This document shows positions 1-13,300 of a stretch of 64,000 bases of DNA, piece by piece. Position 1 is the first letter of the stretch. Each line of letters starts with the position of its first letter. Under the pieces are notes generated by a model. That model saw only the letters and a program-made list of their open reading frames with translations. It did not search any database and was not told the origin of the DNA. The DNA is taken from contig OZ024756.1 of assembly GCA_964016885.1 (NCBI GenBank), positions 33,604,001-33,668,000 on the forward strand, given 5' to 3'. This DNA is from Eledone cirrhosa. Its lineage: Eukaryota. A program made the translations under genes and the position numbers.

Positions 1-321
1 ACTACACGTAAGTACTGTAGTTGATTTAATTGACTTTCTTATCCCCACCAATCGCTGTTCTTGTGTCTAAATTAACAAAAGGTTACGGTGGGGGATCTTT
101 TAGCATAGTTAAGCACTGAAACCAATGCTTTTAGATATTTAGTTAAGATTATCCCCGCTGCAAAAAGCTTCATTATTTTAAAGATATTGAAGGTGGTCTA
201 CAAGGTGAATTGTTTGAACATCGGATGAAATAAAATTTCCTTTACGTAATGGGGTTGATTTCATCAATTTTGCTAATGTCAAAAATTGCTGGCCTTGTGT
301 CTAAATTAACAACCATTATCT

Positions 322-387
322 TTCTTCTTCTTCTTCTTCTTCTTCTTCTTCTTCTTCTTCTTCTTCTTCTTCTTCTTCTTCTTTCTT
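322..387. repeat. (CTT)n microsatellite
   Basis: About 20 CTT units; source of the poly-L and poly-K ORFs. Confidence 0.95.
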
Positions 388-1061
388 GGTGTGTTATTAT
401 TATTTTTATCATCATTATTATTAGATTGACAAACTAACCGAAGCAGAAGGTGTAAAAGCCATTTATATCTACACAGGATCAGCGGGTTACTCTGATTCAC
501 TCAACTACGTCAAATGAAATAATTCATGAGCAAGAGACAAGATGAAGGAATGCAGAAAATATGATTATTGTTATCTGACTACTATAATTATGTATTCGGT
601 ATTCCCCGCCTAGTAAACGTTTGTACAGATTACTCATTGATAGTTGTAAGACTATGGACACAGTCCAACAAATTCATAATAAGATACTGACAAGTGATCT
701 CTTGTGTATTAGGTGAGATCAAAGAGATTATCCAAAGAGGACAGTTTGTATCGAGAATATCTGAGAAAGCATATATCACGTTTTTAATATTCCTTTCTTT
801 AAGTAGTTCTGCTTGGAACAATCGATAGCGTGCAGGAATCTGTAACGAACTTGGTTAAATTTATAGTATGGTGACTTTTAACATTAATCGTTCAATCTAG
901 CGATTATGTTTGCTGGGACCATTAGGAAAGATTCACACCTGATGTTTTCACCACAAAAGGACAGGGATGGGAGAATGAAAGAACGTGACAGTCTTTAATT
1001 TGGTAATACTACGTGTTATAAATATATATATATATATATATTGTTTCTTTTCTTTTTCTTA

Positions 1062-1310
1062 AGCCAGAAGGCTTATCCCGGTTTCATGGCGTGAAGCGAC
1101 TGAGAGTACAAGACTCCCCCCCTGGACAGGACGCCAGTCCATCGCAGGGTTAAACCTCCAGCTATTGCTGATACTCATTTTCAGCGGAGTATACTGTAGC
1201 AACGTGAAATAAAGTGTCTTGCTCAAGGAAACAGCACATCAGCCGGTCCGAGAATTGAACTCACAACCTTTCGATTGCAAGCCTAATGCTCTAACCACTA
1301 AGCCATGCGC

Positions 1311-1314
<4 letters not shown>
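1062..1314 (-). mobile_element. tRNA-derived SINE, family B (CORE-like body)
   Basis: Minus-strand head gcgcatggcttagtggttagagca...gagttcaattctcgg has Pol III A/B boxes. Body ccttgagcaagacactttatttcacgttgc is shared with 10235-10573 and 49441-49614. Confidence 0.85.
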
Positions 1315-1383
<69 letters not shown>

Positions 1384-1797
1384 TGTGTGTATGTGTGTAT
1401 GTGTGTGTATGTGTGTATGTGTATGTGTGTGTGTAGATATATATATATAGAGAGAGAGAGAGAGAAAAAGAGAGAGATGTAGATGAAGGCGTATGTTATG
1501 CAAATGAGGATCACCAGGCGACGTTTCATACGTAAAAAAAAACATGTCTTTAGTTCATAACACTACAGGGTGGGTAAAACGTCTCCTGGTGATAGGTAAA
1601 CATTCATAAATTGTTATTGAGATAAATGTGACTTGACTACGGCTTATAACATTCATAGCGAGACTCTTGTATGTTTATTGTACATAATCACATTACACAT
1701 TCCTTCACATACACTCCTATTATGAAGCATGCTAAGTTAGCACTACTGCTAATATACACACATAGCCAAACACGCACACATCACACACATATACACA

Positions 1798-1919
<122 letters not shown>

Positions 1920-2048
1920 CATATATGTGTGCGTATGAGTGTGTTTTCCAAGAGATGTCAGCATGAATGGACTTGTTATTTTTATCTAAAGACATTTTTT
2001 CCAATTACACCCCGCCCATCCCTTCAATCTATCTAATTTCTCATTCTT

Positions 2049-2083
2049 TCTTCTGATGAAGGACTAGGACCGAAACCTCAAGA
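2049..2083 (+). ncRNA. Minimal type I hammerhead-like motif (degenerate)
   Basis: TCTT-CTGATGA-aGGactaggaCC-GAAAC-CTC-AAGA: stem I TCTT/AAGA, intact core, short stem II, stem III mismatched. Followed by a ~130 nt tail ending in (TA)n. Confidence 0.65.
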
Positions 2084-2209
2084 CCCTCTTCCTGCTATTT
2101 CAAGCCTTAACTTATTATATTCCTTCCATATACTGTACCGATGGTGTTGTTATTTCTGTTTACCTTTTACATAAATATATATATAATCAACAAATTAAAT
2201 AACTCATTG

Positions 2210-2276
<67 letters not shown>

Positions 2277-3589
2277 TTTTTTTTATATATATATATATAT
2301 ATATGGGTTGTACAAGCCATGCAATCGACTTGATCATTTAGAGTATGTTGAAATCAAAGCAATTACTTACATCGTGCTTACATCATGGAAGAGTCATTTT
2401 TACCCATTTAATATCACAGAAATATATTTATATTTATAATGTGCTTCTTAATGTCAAAAGTCTTGTGAATCTGCCTTCACCCTTTTCTTGGAATTCAAAA
2501 TTAAGAGTAAACATACTATATCTTCAATGTTTGATATATAGTGTACGTTTGTAATATTATCAGCCATATAGGAAAATTTATCGAAATTGATGTGAAAATT
2601 GAACGTTAAAAGTTTAATGTGCTATACTAAAATGTTGCTATAAGCAATGGACATTCTATTAGTTACGATATTCACATTCACTTGATATATATCTATGTTA
2701 TCATTTATTAATCATGTTTTTATAAGCTGTCAATCTAAACCATACAAACATTTTCCCGAGGTTCTGGCGAAGTCTGTATGTAGCTGATCTTCTTGTAAGT
2801 GATTATAATGAAACCTGCCTTAAATATTACTTACACAAACAGGATAATCTAATACTGAATGTAATATGTCACAATATATAATATGATGGTCACGTTTAAA
2901 TGCATATCGATCAATTATTTCCCGTTACAAAGACATATTCTACACACCACGTGTTAACGCGGCTGACGAACGACAGAGGATAAAACTCCGATCAAAATGT
3001 TATTGCAAAAGCAAGGTCAATGAGCCGACTGCCGAATAGAACAAAGAAAACAATGTTTCCATTAGTCTTTTGATTACTGATGGTTTATATACATTTGTAT
3101 AATTAAATGTAAGTTTCATAGTTAATAAACACAACCGCAAGAATATTGTCCGAACACGGAAGAGCCGAACTCCCACTGTCATCGCCTCCATCTCTCTCGC
3201 CCTCCCCATCTCTCTGTATGGTGAGCAAATGGGGTCCCACGTGCTGACCTCCACACAGCCCCGGTGGACAGACTGGAGAAGACGTCTCCCCGGAGGGTAG
3301 TAAGGGAATAATGTTAACCGTCTGTAAAACGCTAACAGAAGGAAGCCGAATTGGATATTAGAATGCAAAAAACGAACGATGTCAGATACTCAGTTATTAA
3401 TAATTCCTACCCGCGAATTACTAATATTTTATCGATGGGAAAGGGTGAAAAGCAAAGTCGTTCTAGAAAGGAGTTCAACTCAAAGAGCGGTGGCCGAAAG
3501 AGGTAATCCGACACCCAAACAATTCTGTGTATTCTCCAGTCAAGTGAGGTACAGAGACTTCAATTTTACCAAAGTCCGCCAAACATTAT

Positions 3590-3740
3590 ATGCTTTGCAC
3601 CAGAGTTACGTCCCTTTACGGACTGAGTTCAAATCCCGCCGAGGTTAACTTTGCTTTTCATCCTTACGGGGTCGATAAAATAAAGTACCAGTAATACACT
3701 GAGATAATTGCTGGCCTTTGCCAAAAGTTGAAACAATTAT
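3590..3740 (+). mobile_element. tRNA-derived SINE, family A (Nin-like central domain), 5'-degraded
   Basis: B box gagttcaaatccc, central gttaactttgcttttcatccttacggggtcgataaaataaagtacc, 3' end gaaacaattat. Confidence 0.9.
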
Positions 3741-3747
3741 ATGTAAA

Positions 3748-3866
3748 AATAATCGTTTCTACTTTTGGCACAAGGCCAGGTATTACCCAATACATTACTT
3801 GTACTTTATTTTATTGACCCTGTAAGGATGAAAGGCAAAGCTAACATCGGCGGTATTCGAATTCAG
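3748..3866 (-). mobile_element. SINE family A fragment, tail-to-tail with the previous copy
   Basis: Reverse complement of the family A 3' half (gtttctacttttggcacaaggcc...aggatgaaaggcaaag). Confidence 0.85.
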
Positions 3867-4518
3867 ATTGTGTGTGTGTCTATGCAGTGTTGTTGTCTGT
3901 GTAGATGTAATATCTGTGTGTGTGTGTGTGTGTGTACGTGTATTTGAATGAATACAGTGGACTATGTGGGTATGACATGTGTTTCGCAAGGTTAGAGCAC
4001 AACATAAACGAAATGAAAGTGGATGTCCCTCATCCACAAACGGAAACCTCGTAATTACCACGGCAATACTACAAATATTCAATTTGCTGAAAGTCCACTA
4101 GCTACAGTTCCATACGAATGATTAATTGCTATTTTTTCCTATTGGTAATTTCCAAATACAAATTATATGTTGTTAATTTTCAAACGCACATGCATGTCAA
4201 AATGGCATTCGTGGTGCGAGTGGAATAACTAAAACGGAATTACAGTGTCAAATTGTCGTAAGCTTAATACATGTGCCAAAGAGTTAAATGCATAAATACA
4301 GCCAATGTGCATATATATGATATAAAGAGAGAGAAAGGAGAGAACGGACAACAAATTAGATATAAAATGAGATAAAAAACAGACATGCCTCTTCAGTCAA
4401 CCAATTTGTATAGAAATAAATATATATATATATATATAAGTATGTGTGTATTTATGTATGTATGTGTGTGTGTAATTGTATTTATATGTATGTATATATA
4501 TACATATATATATATATG

Positions 4519-4568
<50 letters not shown>

Positions 4569-4694
4569 TATATATATATATATGTATATATATATGCATA
4601 TATATACATGTATATATATATATAATATATATATATGTATATGCATATATATATATGTATGTGTGTGTGTGTGTATATATATATATGTGTGTAT

Positions 4695-4727
<33 letters not shown>

Positions 4728-6282
4728 ATAAGGGGAGATCTACACGTGTATGCATGCTTAAATATAATCCTGCATTTAGTACACATCAAGTTTGATGTGT
4801 CAACTAAAGTAGACATGCTGATTTATATTTATGTTTGCCATCATAACAAGGCAATAAACTAAATGTATATAGTCTTTGGTAATAAATAAGTTCATTTATC
4901 CAGATGTAATAACAGTCAACGGGAACCAATCTACTATAGAAGGACAAAAGTCAATATTATGGCTAAGTTACAAGAAGGACTGTTAGCACCCATGATTCTT
5001 TTCGTGGCCTTCGGGGTTGGTGGTAGAGTTAAATAAAGACACCGAAGAACTTAGCTCGCATTCACGACGCGGTGTTGACCACGCTGAAAGCACACCTTGT
5101 TTTTGTAGTTAGACAGTGAAACAGGATCCTACCTGTTAATTAATTTCCACAACGTTTTGCCTTTATTCCATATAACACATTGTATTTTTGAGGCTAAGTT
5201 AGCCGACAATTTCTCCACATGCTGTGAGGTGTGAGTGAAACTGAAACCACGTAGTTGTGCATCAAATTCATCACCATGATCATGTATGCAACAATAAAAC
5301 ATTGAAACAAAATACTGCTCTGCATTTGATATTGTGCCCTAAATTCCCTGCCAATTTGTCAATGTTGAAATGCATATGATTTTAACGACTCTAATTAATC
5401 AAATTATGCAATCAAAGTTTTATGTATCTAATTAAGTCTTTGATCTTAAATGAATGCCTGAGAGAAGCAGGCTAGTATTGTATTTCGTAATTTGAAGAAG
5501 GACATTATATATAATACTATGGTTTACAACGATGTTTGGTTTGGTGGTGACATTAAGGTGAACGAACTAAATACATTCAGAGATTTATAGGGGATATTAA
5601 CGAGCTTGCGTGACGCTCATAACTTCCTGAAATGCATTAACGACGTTTGCGGAATTATTTAGCTTCAACTGGGAATCGATATATAAACCAGTGAATTAAT
5701 TGGGTTTCTTTAGTGTCGAGATCCCTTTCAAGTTCAGAAGGAACAGCTGATTCAATTACGGTGAGGAAAATAATTATAAATAATTTCGATGAATATATTC
5801 GCGTTTTTGCCTATTACTAGTATTCCTTCTTGTAAAAAGAAGACCAATATTTATTTGTTGATGCTTATATTCGATGGGTCGGCGGATAAGGAAATATATG
5901 GAGTTGTTTTGATACACCTCATTATATTATAAATTCAAATTAAGCTGATGTTGCCTTTGCAATTCAGATTTATGTGTTTTAAATTAAAATTGTTGTGAAG
6001 CCAATTTCATCAACTACAGATCCCTTAACAATATTGTTTCCGTTAAAGGATATAGAAAGCCAATATATTTATTTAGATTTGGTGAAATTTGGTGTAGTTC
6101 AGGATCTAATTCCATGTGGAGAGTGTGTATCTTCTCTCAGATTGCATTCTTGAAAGACAAAATATAACTTTAATAGTATTCATTCTCATATAATTCTCAT
6201 TTCATTCTCGCCTAAACTTCGATGATTTGGGACACTTAATTATATACGAAGTTATATGTATATATATACATATATACACACA

Positions 6283-6350
<68 letters not shown>

Positions 6351-6361
6351 CACACAAGCAC

Positions 6362-6650
6362 GCATGGTCCTGTAACTCCCGAGGGAATTTAGAGAGGCCA
6401 TATTGATATACAGTGGTTCTAAACCTGGTGGAGCTCATTTCCTACCCAGGTCTGAATATAACAGATTCTTCCAGAGAATTATATAGAGATTGAAAAAGAA
6501 ATATAGTGGATGAATCGACACCAGTACTAGACTGGTACTTGTTGTCGAGATTGAATGGGTGAAACGCGAAGTTGAATTCGGTGGGATTGAACTCACAGCG
6601 TAGGGAGCCGAACGATTCTATCCGATGTTCAAACAACTCTGCCAATCCAT
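6362..6650 (-). mobile_element. Old SINE A-related element with extended 3' region
   Basis: Degenerate family A head and body at 6510-6650, plus an extension (gcatggtc.tgtaactcccgag...ctggtggag) shared with 40627-40948. Confidence 0.65.
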
Positions 6651-6743
6651 CTGTATTTTAACCTGATACCATATCACTGCTTAAAATACTCAGAAGGAGA
6701 TTAATGTTTGTTTGTTATACATAAACATATTTATACACATTTG

Positions 6744-6850
6744 GCCGAGGTTAACAACTTTGCCTTTCATCCTTACGGGGTCGATAAAATAAAGTACCAG
6801 TAATGTACTGGGTAATTGCTGGCCTTGTGCCTAAAGTAGAAACAATTATT
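6744..6850 (+). mobile_element. SINE family A, 5'-truncated
   Basis: gccgaggttaac...agtagaaacaattat matches the family pattern. Confidence 0.9.
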
Positions 6851-7724
6851 TTTTAAAGAATATTTTAAGATCATGTCCTTGCTTAAAAACACACAAGAAG
6901 ACTAAACTAATTTTTGTTATGCAAAACATATTGCATACTTGTTCACACATGCCTTTAATAGATTTAAAGTATTTTATATCCAAATATATAGGAATTAGAT
7001 TAATGGTATATTTGTTTTGTGTTTACTTCCCTTAAATTTTCAATAATGGTATATAGCATTTCGCCTGGATTTTAATGAATAATTCAGCTGAAAGGGAAAA
7101 CGTCACCTTATTGAGGTTGATTCTACAGTTTCATTTTTAGATCGTTTCAGTCTTTATTTCTTTGTTTTATTTAATTTGACTTTTATTTTCTTATTATTCA
7201 ACCGAACGGAATAAATACCATGTTCAAGTATTACCGTCTTTTTGCCTTACATTTCAGAGCTTTATTTAGCTGAGAGAATAAAATAATATCAGTGAAAAGT
7301 TTTTATTTGCTTCATTTAATTTCTAAAGTTAAATTTATCCGAGAAGAAGAAAGTCCTTGTTAAATTCTTAATGATTTTCCCCTGTTCTTAATTTGCAATG
7401 CTGAATTCAACTTATTTGTTAAACAGTGAACAAAGAATTAGCAGCTGGGGTAAAAGAAAACAAAGAAAATACACAGCAATATCCAAATCTATTCTTCGCA
7501 AAAGCTCCTTTAATTCTGAAATCAACAAAAAAACTACCAGATGTTCAATCTCACGACAATGGATCAGCATGACAATGACCAAAGATATTAAAATGTAATA
7601 AACAGAAAATCAACTAAATGGAAGGAGAACAATATATATTTGATTATAACTGACTTGAAATCTTAAAACCCATTCACGAAAGAGGACAACGTCGAAAGTA
7701 TGACTTTCAAACAAATTATATATA

Positions 7725-8075
7725 TTCGGCATCTTCTACCCTGGACGGTCGTCTAGGGTAGAAGATGCTGAAGGTTCGGTCGCCCTCATGTATGATTTTT
7801 TAGCCCCATGAATTTTCTCTATCCTAAGTTATATTTCAAATACCTGATGATGTCACCGGATTCATACTGAACCCGGTCATTGAAATGATCACAGTATAAT
7901 ACATCTTTCAAGTAAGTACACCACTCCAGCCTCCTGTTATATTTTTATTAATTAACTCCGTACTCACACCACTAACTACACAAACTAAAACCGGTGAGTT
8001 GCATTACGTTGAGTAATTTCCATAATATTACATCGAGGTTGACCATACGGAATGACCAGTTCTACCCAATGGTAA
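7725..8075 (+). mobile_element. Penelope-like terminal fragment: 5' hairpin + HHR + tail
   Basis: 23-bp-arm hairpin at 7725-7772 after a short TA run, HHR at 7840-7897, tail with ttacgttgagtaat (8004-8017), then C/A runs and (TA)n. Confidence 0.7.
7840..7897 (+). ncRNA. Type I hammerhead motif, cleavage triplet mutated
   Basis: ATAC-CTGATGA-stem II (ACCGG..TTCA-tac-TGAA..CCGGT)-GAAAT-gatc-ACA-GTAT. Triplet ACA is not NUH. Confidence 0.75.
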
Positions 8076-8116
8076 CCCCCCCCCCAAAAAAAAAAAAAAT
8101 ATATATATATAAAAAC

Positions 8117-8186
<70 letters not shown>

Positions 8187-8196
8187 TATATGTATA

Positions 8197-8235
8197 TGTG
8201 ATACTTTAAAAACGAAAAAATCAAAATTTTTAGAA

Positions 8236-8272
<37 letters not shown>

Positions 8273-8296
8273 GTATATGTATGTATGTATATATAT

Positions 8297-8346
<50 letters not shown>

Positions 8347-8379
8347 TATGTATATATATATATACATATACATATATAC

Positions 8380-8444
<65 letters not shown>

Positions 8445-8510
8445 TTCTAAAAATTTTGATTTGATTATTTCCTTTTTAAAGTATCACACATTACAGAATC
8501 GGTTTCTAGG
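8197..8510. repeat. Inverted repeat flanking a (TA)n tract
   Basis: tgtgatactttaaaaa...tcaaaatttttagaattaat (8197-8240) versus attaattctaaaaattttga...tttttaaagtatcaca (8440-8488). The minus strand just beyond reads GAAAC-cgattct-GTA, like an HHR 3' half. Confidence 0.8.
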
Positions 8511-8728
8511 AAGACATTATGTTTGAGCCATTGTTTTGGAGATATTTGCTGTTCTTTTCTTTTATTTTGTTTTCGTTGTAGATTCATTAATACCACGTGA
8601 TGTATGAATATTCATAATTGCATTCCTTGTAATTATTGCTAATTAATAATTGCTGAGACTGAAATAAAACGAATAATTTATGCTGCATTGCATAGAAATT
8701 ATTAGAATTCCAATAGAATTATAATAAT

Positions 8729-8915
8729 TGTTTCTACTTTTGGCACAAGGCCAGCAATTATCCAGTGCATTACTGGTACTTTATTTTATCGACCCCGTAA
8801 GGATGAAAGGCAAAGTTAACCTCGGCGGGATTTGAACTCAAACCATAAAGGGGCGTAACTCTTTGCTGCAAAGCATAGCGTCAGACCCTCTACCGATACT
8901 GCCAATCCACCGCCC
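8729..8915 (-). mobile_element. SINE family A, full length, 16-bp TSD
   Basis: A box tggattggcagtatcggtag and B box present. TSD atagaattataataat at 8713-8728 and 8916-8931. Confidence 0.95.
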
Positions 8916-9600
8916 ATAGAATTATAATAATGTTAATAAATTAGAACATTTTTTATTAGAAAATATTCTTCTTCAAATGGCAGTTTACAAACAACGAGAA
9001 GCAGATTAACGAATTAATAATAAAATGTAATCCTCTCTAATAATATTTGTGAAGGTGTTAAAAAAAACTAATTTTCACGTATTAATATTAAAATAAATTT
9101 TTGTTCGGAAAAAAAAAGATTTTCTCATGTTATTTATTATTTGACTTTTAATAAATGCATTTCGATTAATTAAGCATAAATTAAAGAATGTGAATGTGGT
9201 TTTCATATTTTTACAAATGTCTAAATAAGATGACAATTTTGAAAGAAATGGAAGAATACTTTTAGATCGAAGATGATTAGTTATTCATTTTGCTTCGAGG
9301 TATGTGGCTCTAACAAAAAGTGGTATCATTGGTTCGGTACTTATTGCCCGGTTTGGAGCCAAATAAACGTAGTGGATCTGTCAACCAAATATCCCTAAAT
9401 TCTTCATCAGCTCCTGTATACCTCCATACAAACAGAGAGAAGTATTTGAAAATGTAGACTATCCTGCATTATGCTTGAGGATAACATGCAATCGTCATAA
9501 GCTAAACCTCCTCGAATTCTGGCGAGAGGCTAAGGAAAATCTAAATTACACACTCATATACACACATGTACACAAATACATAAACACACACACATACACG

Positions 9601-9685
<85 letters not shown>

Positions 9686-9776
9686 GGGGTGCATATATAT
9701 ATATATATAAGGTAAGTTATTCCGGGTTGAATCGGAGGAAACCACAGTAAGTAAGGTACTCAATACATAGCAGAGC

Positions 9777-9869
<93 letters not shown>

Positions 9870-9890
9870 GCGAGAGAGAGAGAGAGAGAG

Positions 9891-9991
9891 AGATCAGATT
9901 CTACAGGACTAGAACTGTTTCATTCTTTAGAAATCATCAGGAATCAGATTTCTAAAGAATGAAACAGTTCTAGTCCTGTAGAATCTCATCT
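9891..9991. repeat. Fold-back with 45-bp arms and 11-nt loop, between (GA)n and (TA)n
   Basis: Arms 9891-9935 and 9947-9991 are reverse complements with one mismatch. Confidence 0.95.
9897..9945 (-). ncRNA. Type I hammerhead ribozyme, intact core
   Basis: GATTC-CTGATGA-tTTCTaaAGAAt-GAA-ACAG-ttctagtc-CTGT-A-GAATC: 5-bp stem I, 4-bp stem III, GUA triplet. Confidence 0.85.
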
Positions 9992-10000
9992 ATATTAAAA

Positions 10001-10075
<75 letters not shown>

Positions 10076-10234
10076 CATAGATAATATATATATACACATG
10101 TAGACATATTATATAAGCAAACAACACGGGAGAAATAGAATTATGGTTAAGAGTAGGAAAAGAAGAAACGAAAGATATATTTTGACTTCACAGGAGAAAA
10201 ATCCATGTGTTGTTATTCAAATATGTATATATAT

Positions 10235-10573
10235 AGGTAAAGATCCCCTTCGGTCACGAATGACCATGGGGTTTGTACCTAGAAAGTTTCCCTCCGAGGC
10301 AGAAGTCCGGGCAAAAGGTTGTTTGTGGAAGACTAGCAGTCGCCCATGTATACCAGCCTCCCCTATCCACGCCACCGAGGATGTCCAAGGGAAAGGTAAT
10401 GGTTGATACAGCTTGACATCAGTGACGTCTCAACTCATTTATACAGCTGAATAAACTGTAGCAACGTGAAATAAAGTGTCTTGCTCAAGAACACAACGCA
10501 TCACCCGGTACGAGAATCGAACCCACAACCTTCTGCTTGCGCAAGCCCACTAAACACTAAGAAATGCGCCTTC
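10235..10573 (-). mobile_element. SINE family B with long 3' region
   Basis: Head and body shared with 1062-1314. The 3' region (ccccttcggtcac...ggaagac.agcagtcg) is also present at 42278-42385. Confidence 0.85.
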
Positions 10574-10631
10574 ACATAATATATATATATGTGTGTGTGT
10601 GTGTATGTATATATAATATATATATATATAT

Positions 10632-11639
10632 TTGGTAAAACCAAAATAGTTCATGGTTCTAGCTTATATTGACAGATATGCTTGACCTGGTGATCCCCGC
10701 TTTATTTCCAACATAATGTCTTTCCATTTCAAGGCATTCCGAGTTACTGTATGTAACATGTAATTAGATTAGTGAGAATAACCCTGTTAATAGGCCATGT
10801 ATTCATTTACTCTCACTTTGGCTCTGAAAGTTCCTTTGATTGCTTCTGTGGTTTCATTTCTGTGTTTGCACATACCTTGTTTATTGTTCAGATTCTTTCA
10901 TTACCAGTCTATATAATTTCACTGGTTTCCTAAATTATTTTCTTGGATATTGATGTTCCTTCATTTTCATTCAATTCTCCTTCGTATCACTCTTGGGGTT
11001 ACTTTGTTCCCTATCTAATTTTCTTCACTGTCCTTTTAGATTTACCCGTTGCCTCGCAAAGGGCATCATCCTTCTTGCTAGGTTTCCCAGTCGTCTATCG
11101 AGGTTTGCTTGTGTAATGGTTTATTGCTGTTCCTTTCGTTGATTCTATAGCTGCTTACGTTCTTCGTCCAGGTTTCTCGAGAGTGGTCCCGTCGTTTTCC
11201 TTTTTCTAGAAGTACTTTTCACCCACATCTCTCTCAAATATTTTGGTTTTCCGTAGGGCTTTCTCCATTAAGTAAAGCGGTCTTTGTATTGTCTGTAAAT
11301 GTTCCTCTGCCGTTTCTTAGCCATCTTTCCTTGTCTTCTAAGAAACCCTCGTTTGTGAGTTATCATGATTAACCAGATATGAGTATTTACGCTGTCTCTA
11401 CATCTACCCCTCTTTGTCTTTCCATGTGCCTATGTTGTTTATGCAGTCACCCTCTCCATTACCCCAACACGGCGCCAAAGTTGTCTGTTCAGGCAGGCTG
11501 TCTTTTCGTATTATTTATTAAGTATATGGGCAGTTTCAATGTGTAATTGTTATATCTGAAATATTGACAAACAGTAGTTACACACATTTGCGAATATATA
11601 TGACTGACACACTCTGCTGTTTTATATCGATATTGAACA
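10632..11639 (-). mobile_element. Possible decayed LTR-retrotransposon 5' end (LTR + PBS + degraded internal region)
   Basis: Minus strand: TGTTCA...TATAAAA...AATAAA...TGAACA (11639-11486), then TGGCGCCGTG (PBS-like, ~11477-11468), then ~850 nt of purine-rich, stop-interrupted sequence. Confidence 0.4.
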
Positions 11640-12076
11640 ACAAAGCTAATATTCTGCAACCAGTCTTGTATTATTGTGTTATGATCCAAGTTTTATGAGC
11701 TATTTTTGATTGCTTTTATAAGCATAATTACAACCAATAACGATGTTTTATTGCATCCATTAGAATTTACATCATCAATGTACGCCAGACTTTTCAATCG
11801 TTGATATAATTACTAATTATTATCTGACGTTAATAATGAGAACATTTATAGACGAATTATTATTTTTAAAAAATTTGAGATGATTTATATGATAGTCATG
11901 TTAAATTTATCCCTTACAGACTGGTTTCAAATTCTACACGCTGTAGTGTCTTTTACTCCAGTCTATAGTGTAGCATATTTGATAAGAATTCTTCACGATT
12001 CAAATTAGTATCAAGGCATTCTAATGTGTGTCTGGATATTTGGCCGCTTATATACAGCATTAAGAAGACATCGAAT

Positions 12077-12228
12077 TAGCATAGACATTAATACGTTAGA
12101 TAGAATGCTTTGTGGTATTCGTTTAAGTTTTCTGCTCTCTGAGTTCAAATCCCACCGAGGTCAACTCTGCCTTTCATCCATTCCAGGTCATAATAAAGTA
12201 CCAATCTAGTACTGGGGTCGATTCTAAC
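12077..12228 (+). mobile_element. SINE family A, diverged
   Basis: gagttcaaatcccaccgaggtcaactctgcctttcatcc...aaagtacc. Confidence 0.8.
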
Positions 12229-12395
12229 TCTATATTTCTTTCTCACTTACTTTGTATCACTTTCTACGCCTCTCTATGGTCAAAACTGTTCTATTAAAAA
12301 ATATACCTTTAACGCGGTTCCCAAGCTGGCTAAGCTCAACAAAATATATATATATATATATATACACATGTATATATATATAGAGAGAGAGAGAG

Positions 12396-13293
12396 AGAAT
12401 TCACAAGAATCAAAGCTATGTTCAAAGCATTTATTCACTTACAATTGTTTCATCCAAATCTAGGCTTGGGGTCTTCGGAGCATTTTTCAATGTTTGTACA
12501 CATAATTGACCTCCTTTCCAACGCAAGAGACATACATATACATATATATATATATATATTGATGTACAGTGGAGTGACATATATTATACTATGTTATTTC
12601 TGTATAGCAATTCAAAATCAAAATCAAAATTAAAATTAAAACAAAATTAGAACAAAATTAGAATACATTCGGCAGTTAACACAGATAATGCAAGAGGATA
12701 GTTTGTTAGTCAGATGTAGTAGATGTAGTCAGATGTATGCGTTAGTTACACGTGGGGCATGCAAGTGTGTCATGCTCCACGTGTAACTAACGCATACACT
12801 AACTACTACATCTGACTAACAAACTATCCTCTTGCATTATCTGTGTTAACTGCCGAATGTATTTTAATTTTGTTTTAATTTTGTTTTAATTTTAATTTTG
12901 ATTTTGATTTTGAATTTGAATTGCTATACAGAAATAACATAGTATAATATATGTCACTCCACTGTACATCAATATATATATATATATATATGTATCTGTA
13001 TGTCTCTTGCGTTGGAAAGGAGGTCAATTATGTGTACAAACATTGAAAAATGCTCCGAAGACCCCAAGCCTAGATTTGGATGAAACAATTGTAAGCGAAT
13101 AAATGCTTTGAACATAGCTTTGATTCTTGTGAATTCTATATAACTGCTCTGTAGAACAACTGATGTTATTACATTGAGCTATTTATCTTCCTGGTAATAA
13201 GGTAGTAATAAATTACTGACCTTCACTGTTTAGGCTTTAAAATATACATAACTATAAAATGTTTTAGTATATACTTAACCATAAATAGTATCC

Positions 13294-13300
<7 letters not shown>
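12396..13300 (+). mobile_element. Penelope-like fold-back: ~366-bp inverted arms + tail
   Basis: Arms 12396-12761 and 12771-13137, 9-nt loop, few mismatches or indels. Each arm has an HHR + AATAAA. The right arm continues as a tail to (TA)n at 13301. Confidence 0.85.
13051..13097 (+). ncRNA. Type I hammerhead motif (core CCGAAGA variant); mirror copy at 12436-12482 (-)
   Basis: TGCT-CCGAAGA-ccCCAAgcctagatTTGGat-GAAAC-aatt-GTA-AGCG-AATAAA. Confidence 0.75.

Noticed and set aside
1245-1314. tRNA-like sequence, here and in other SINE heads
   Set aside because: Continues into a SINE body and is multicopy; not a tRNA gene.
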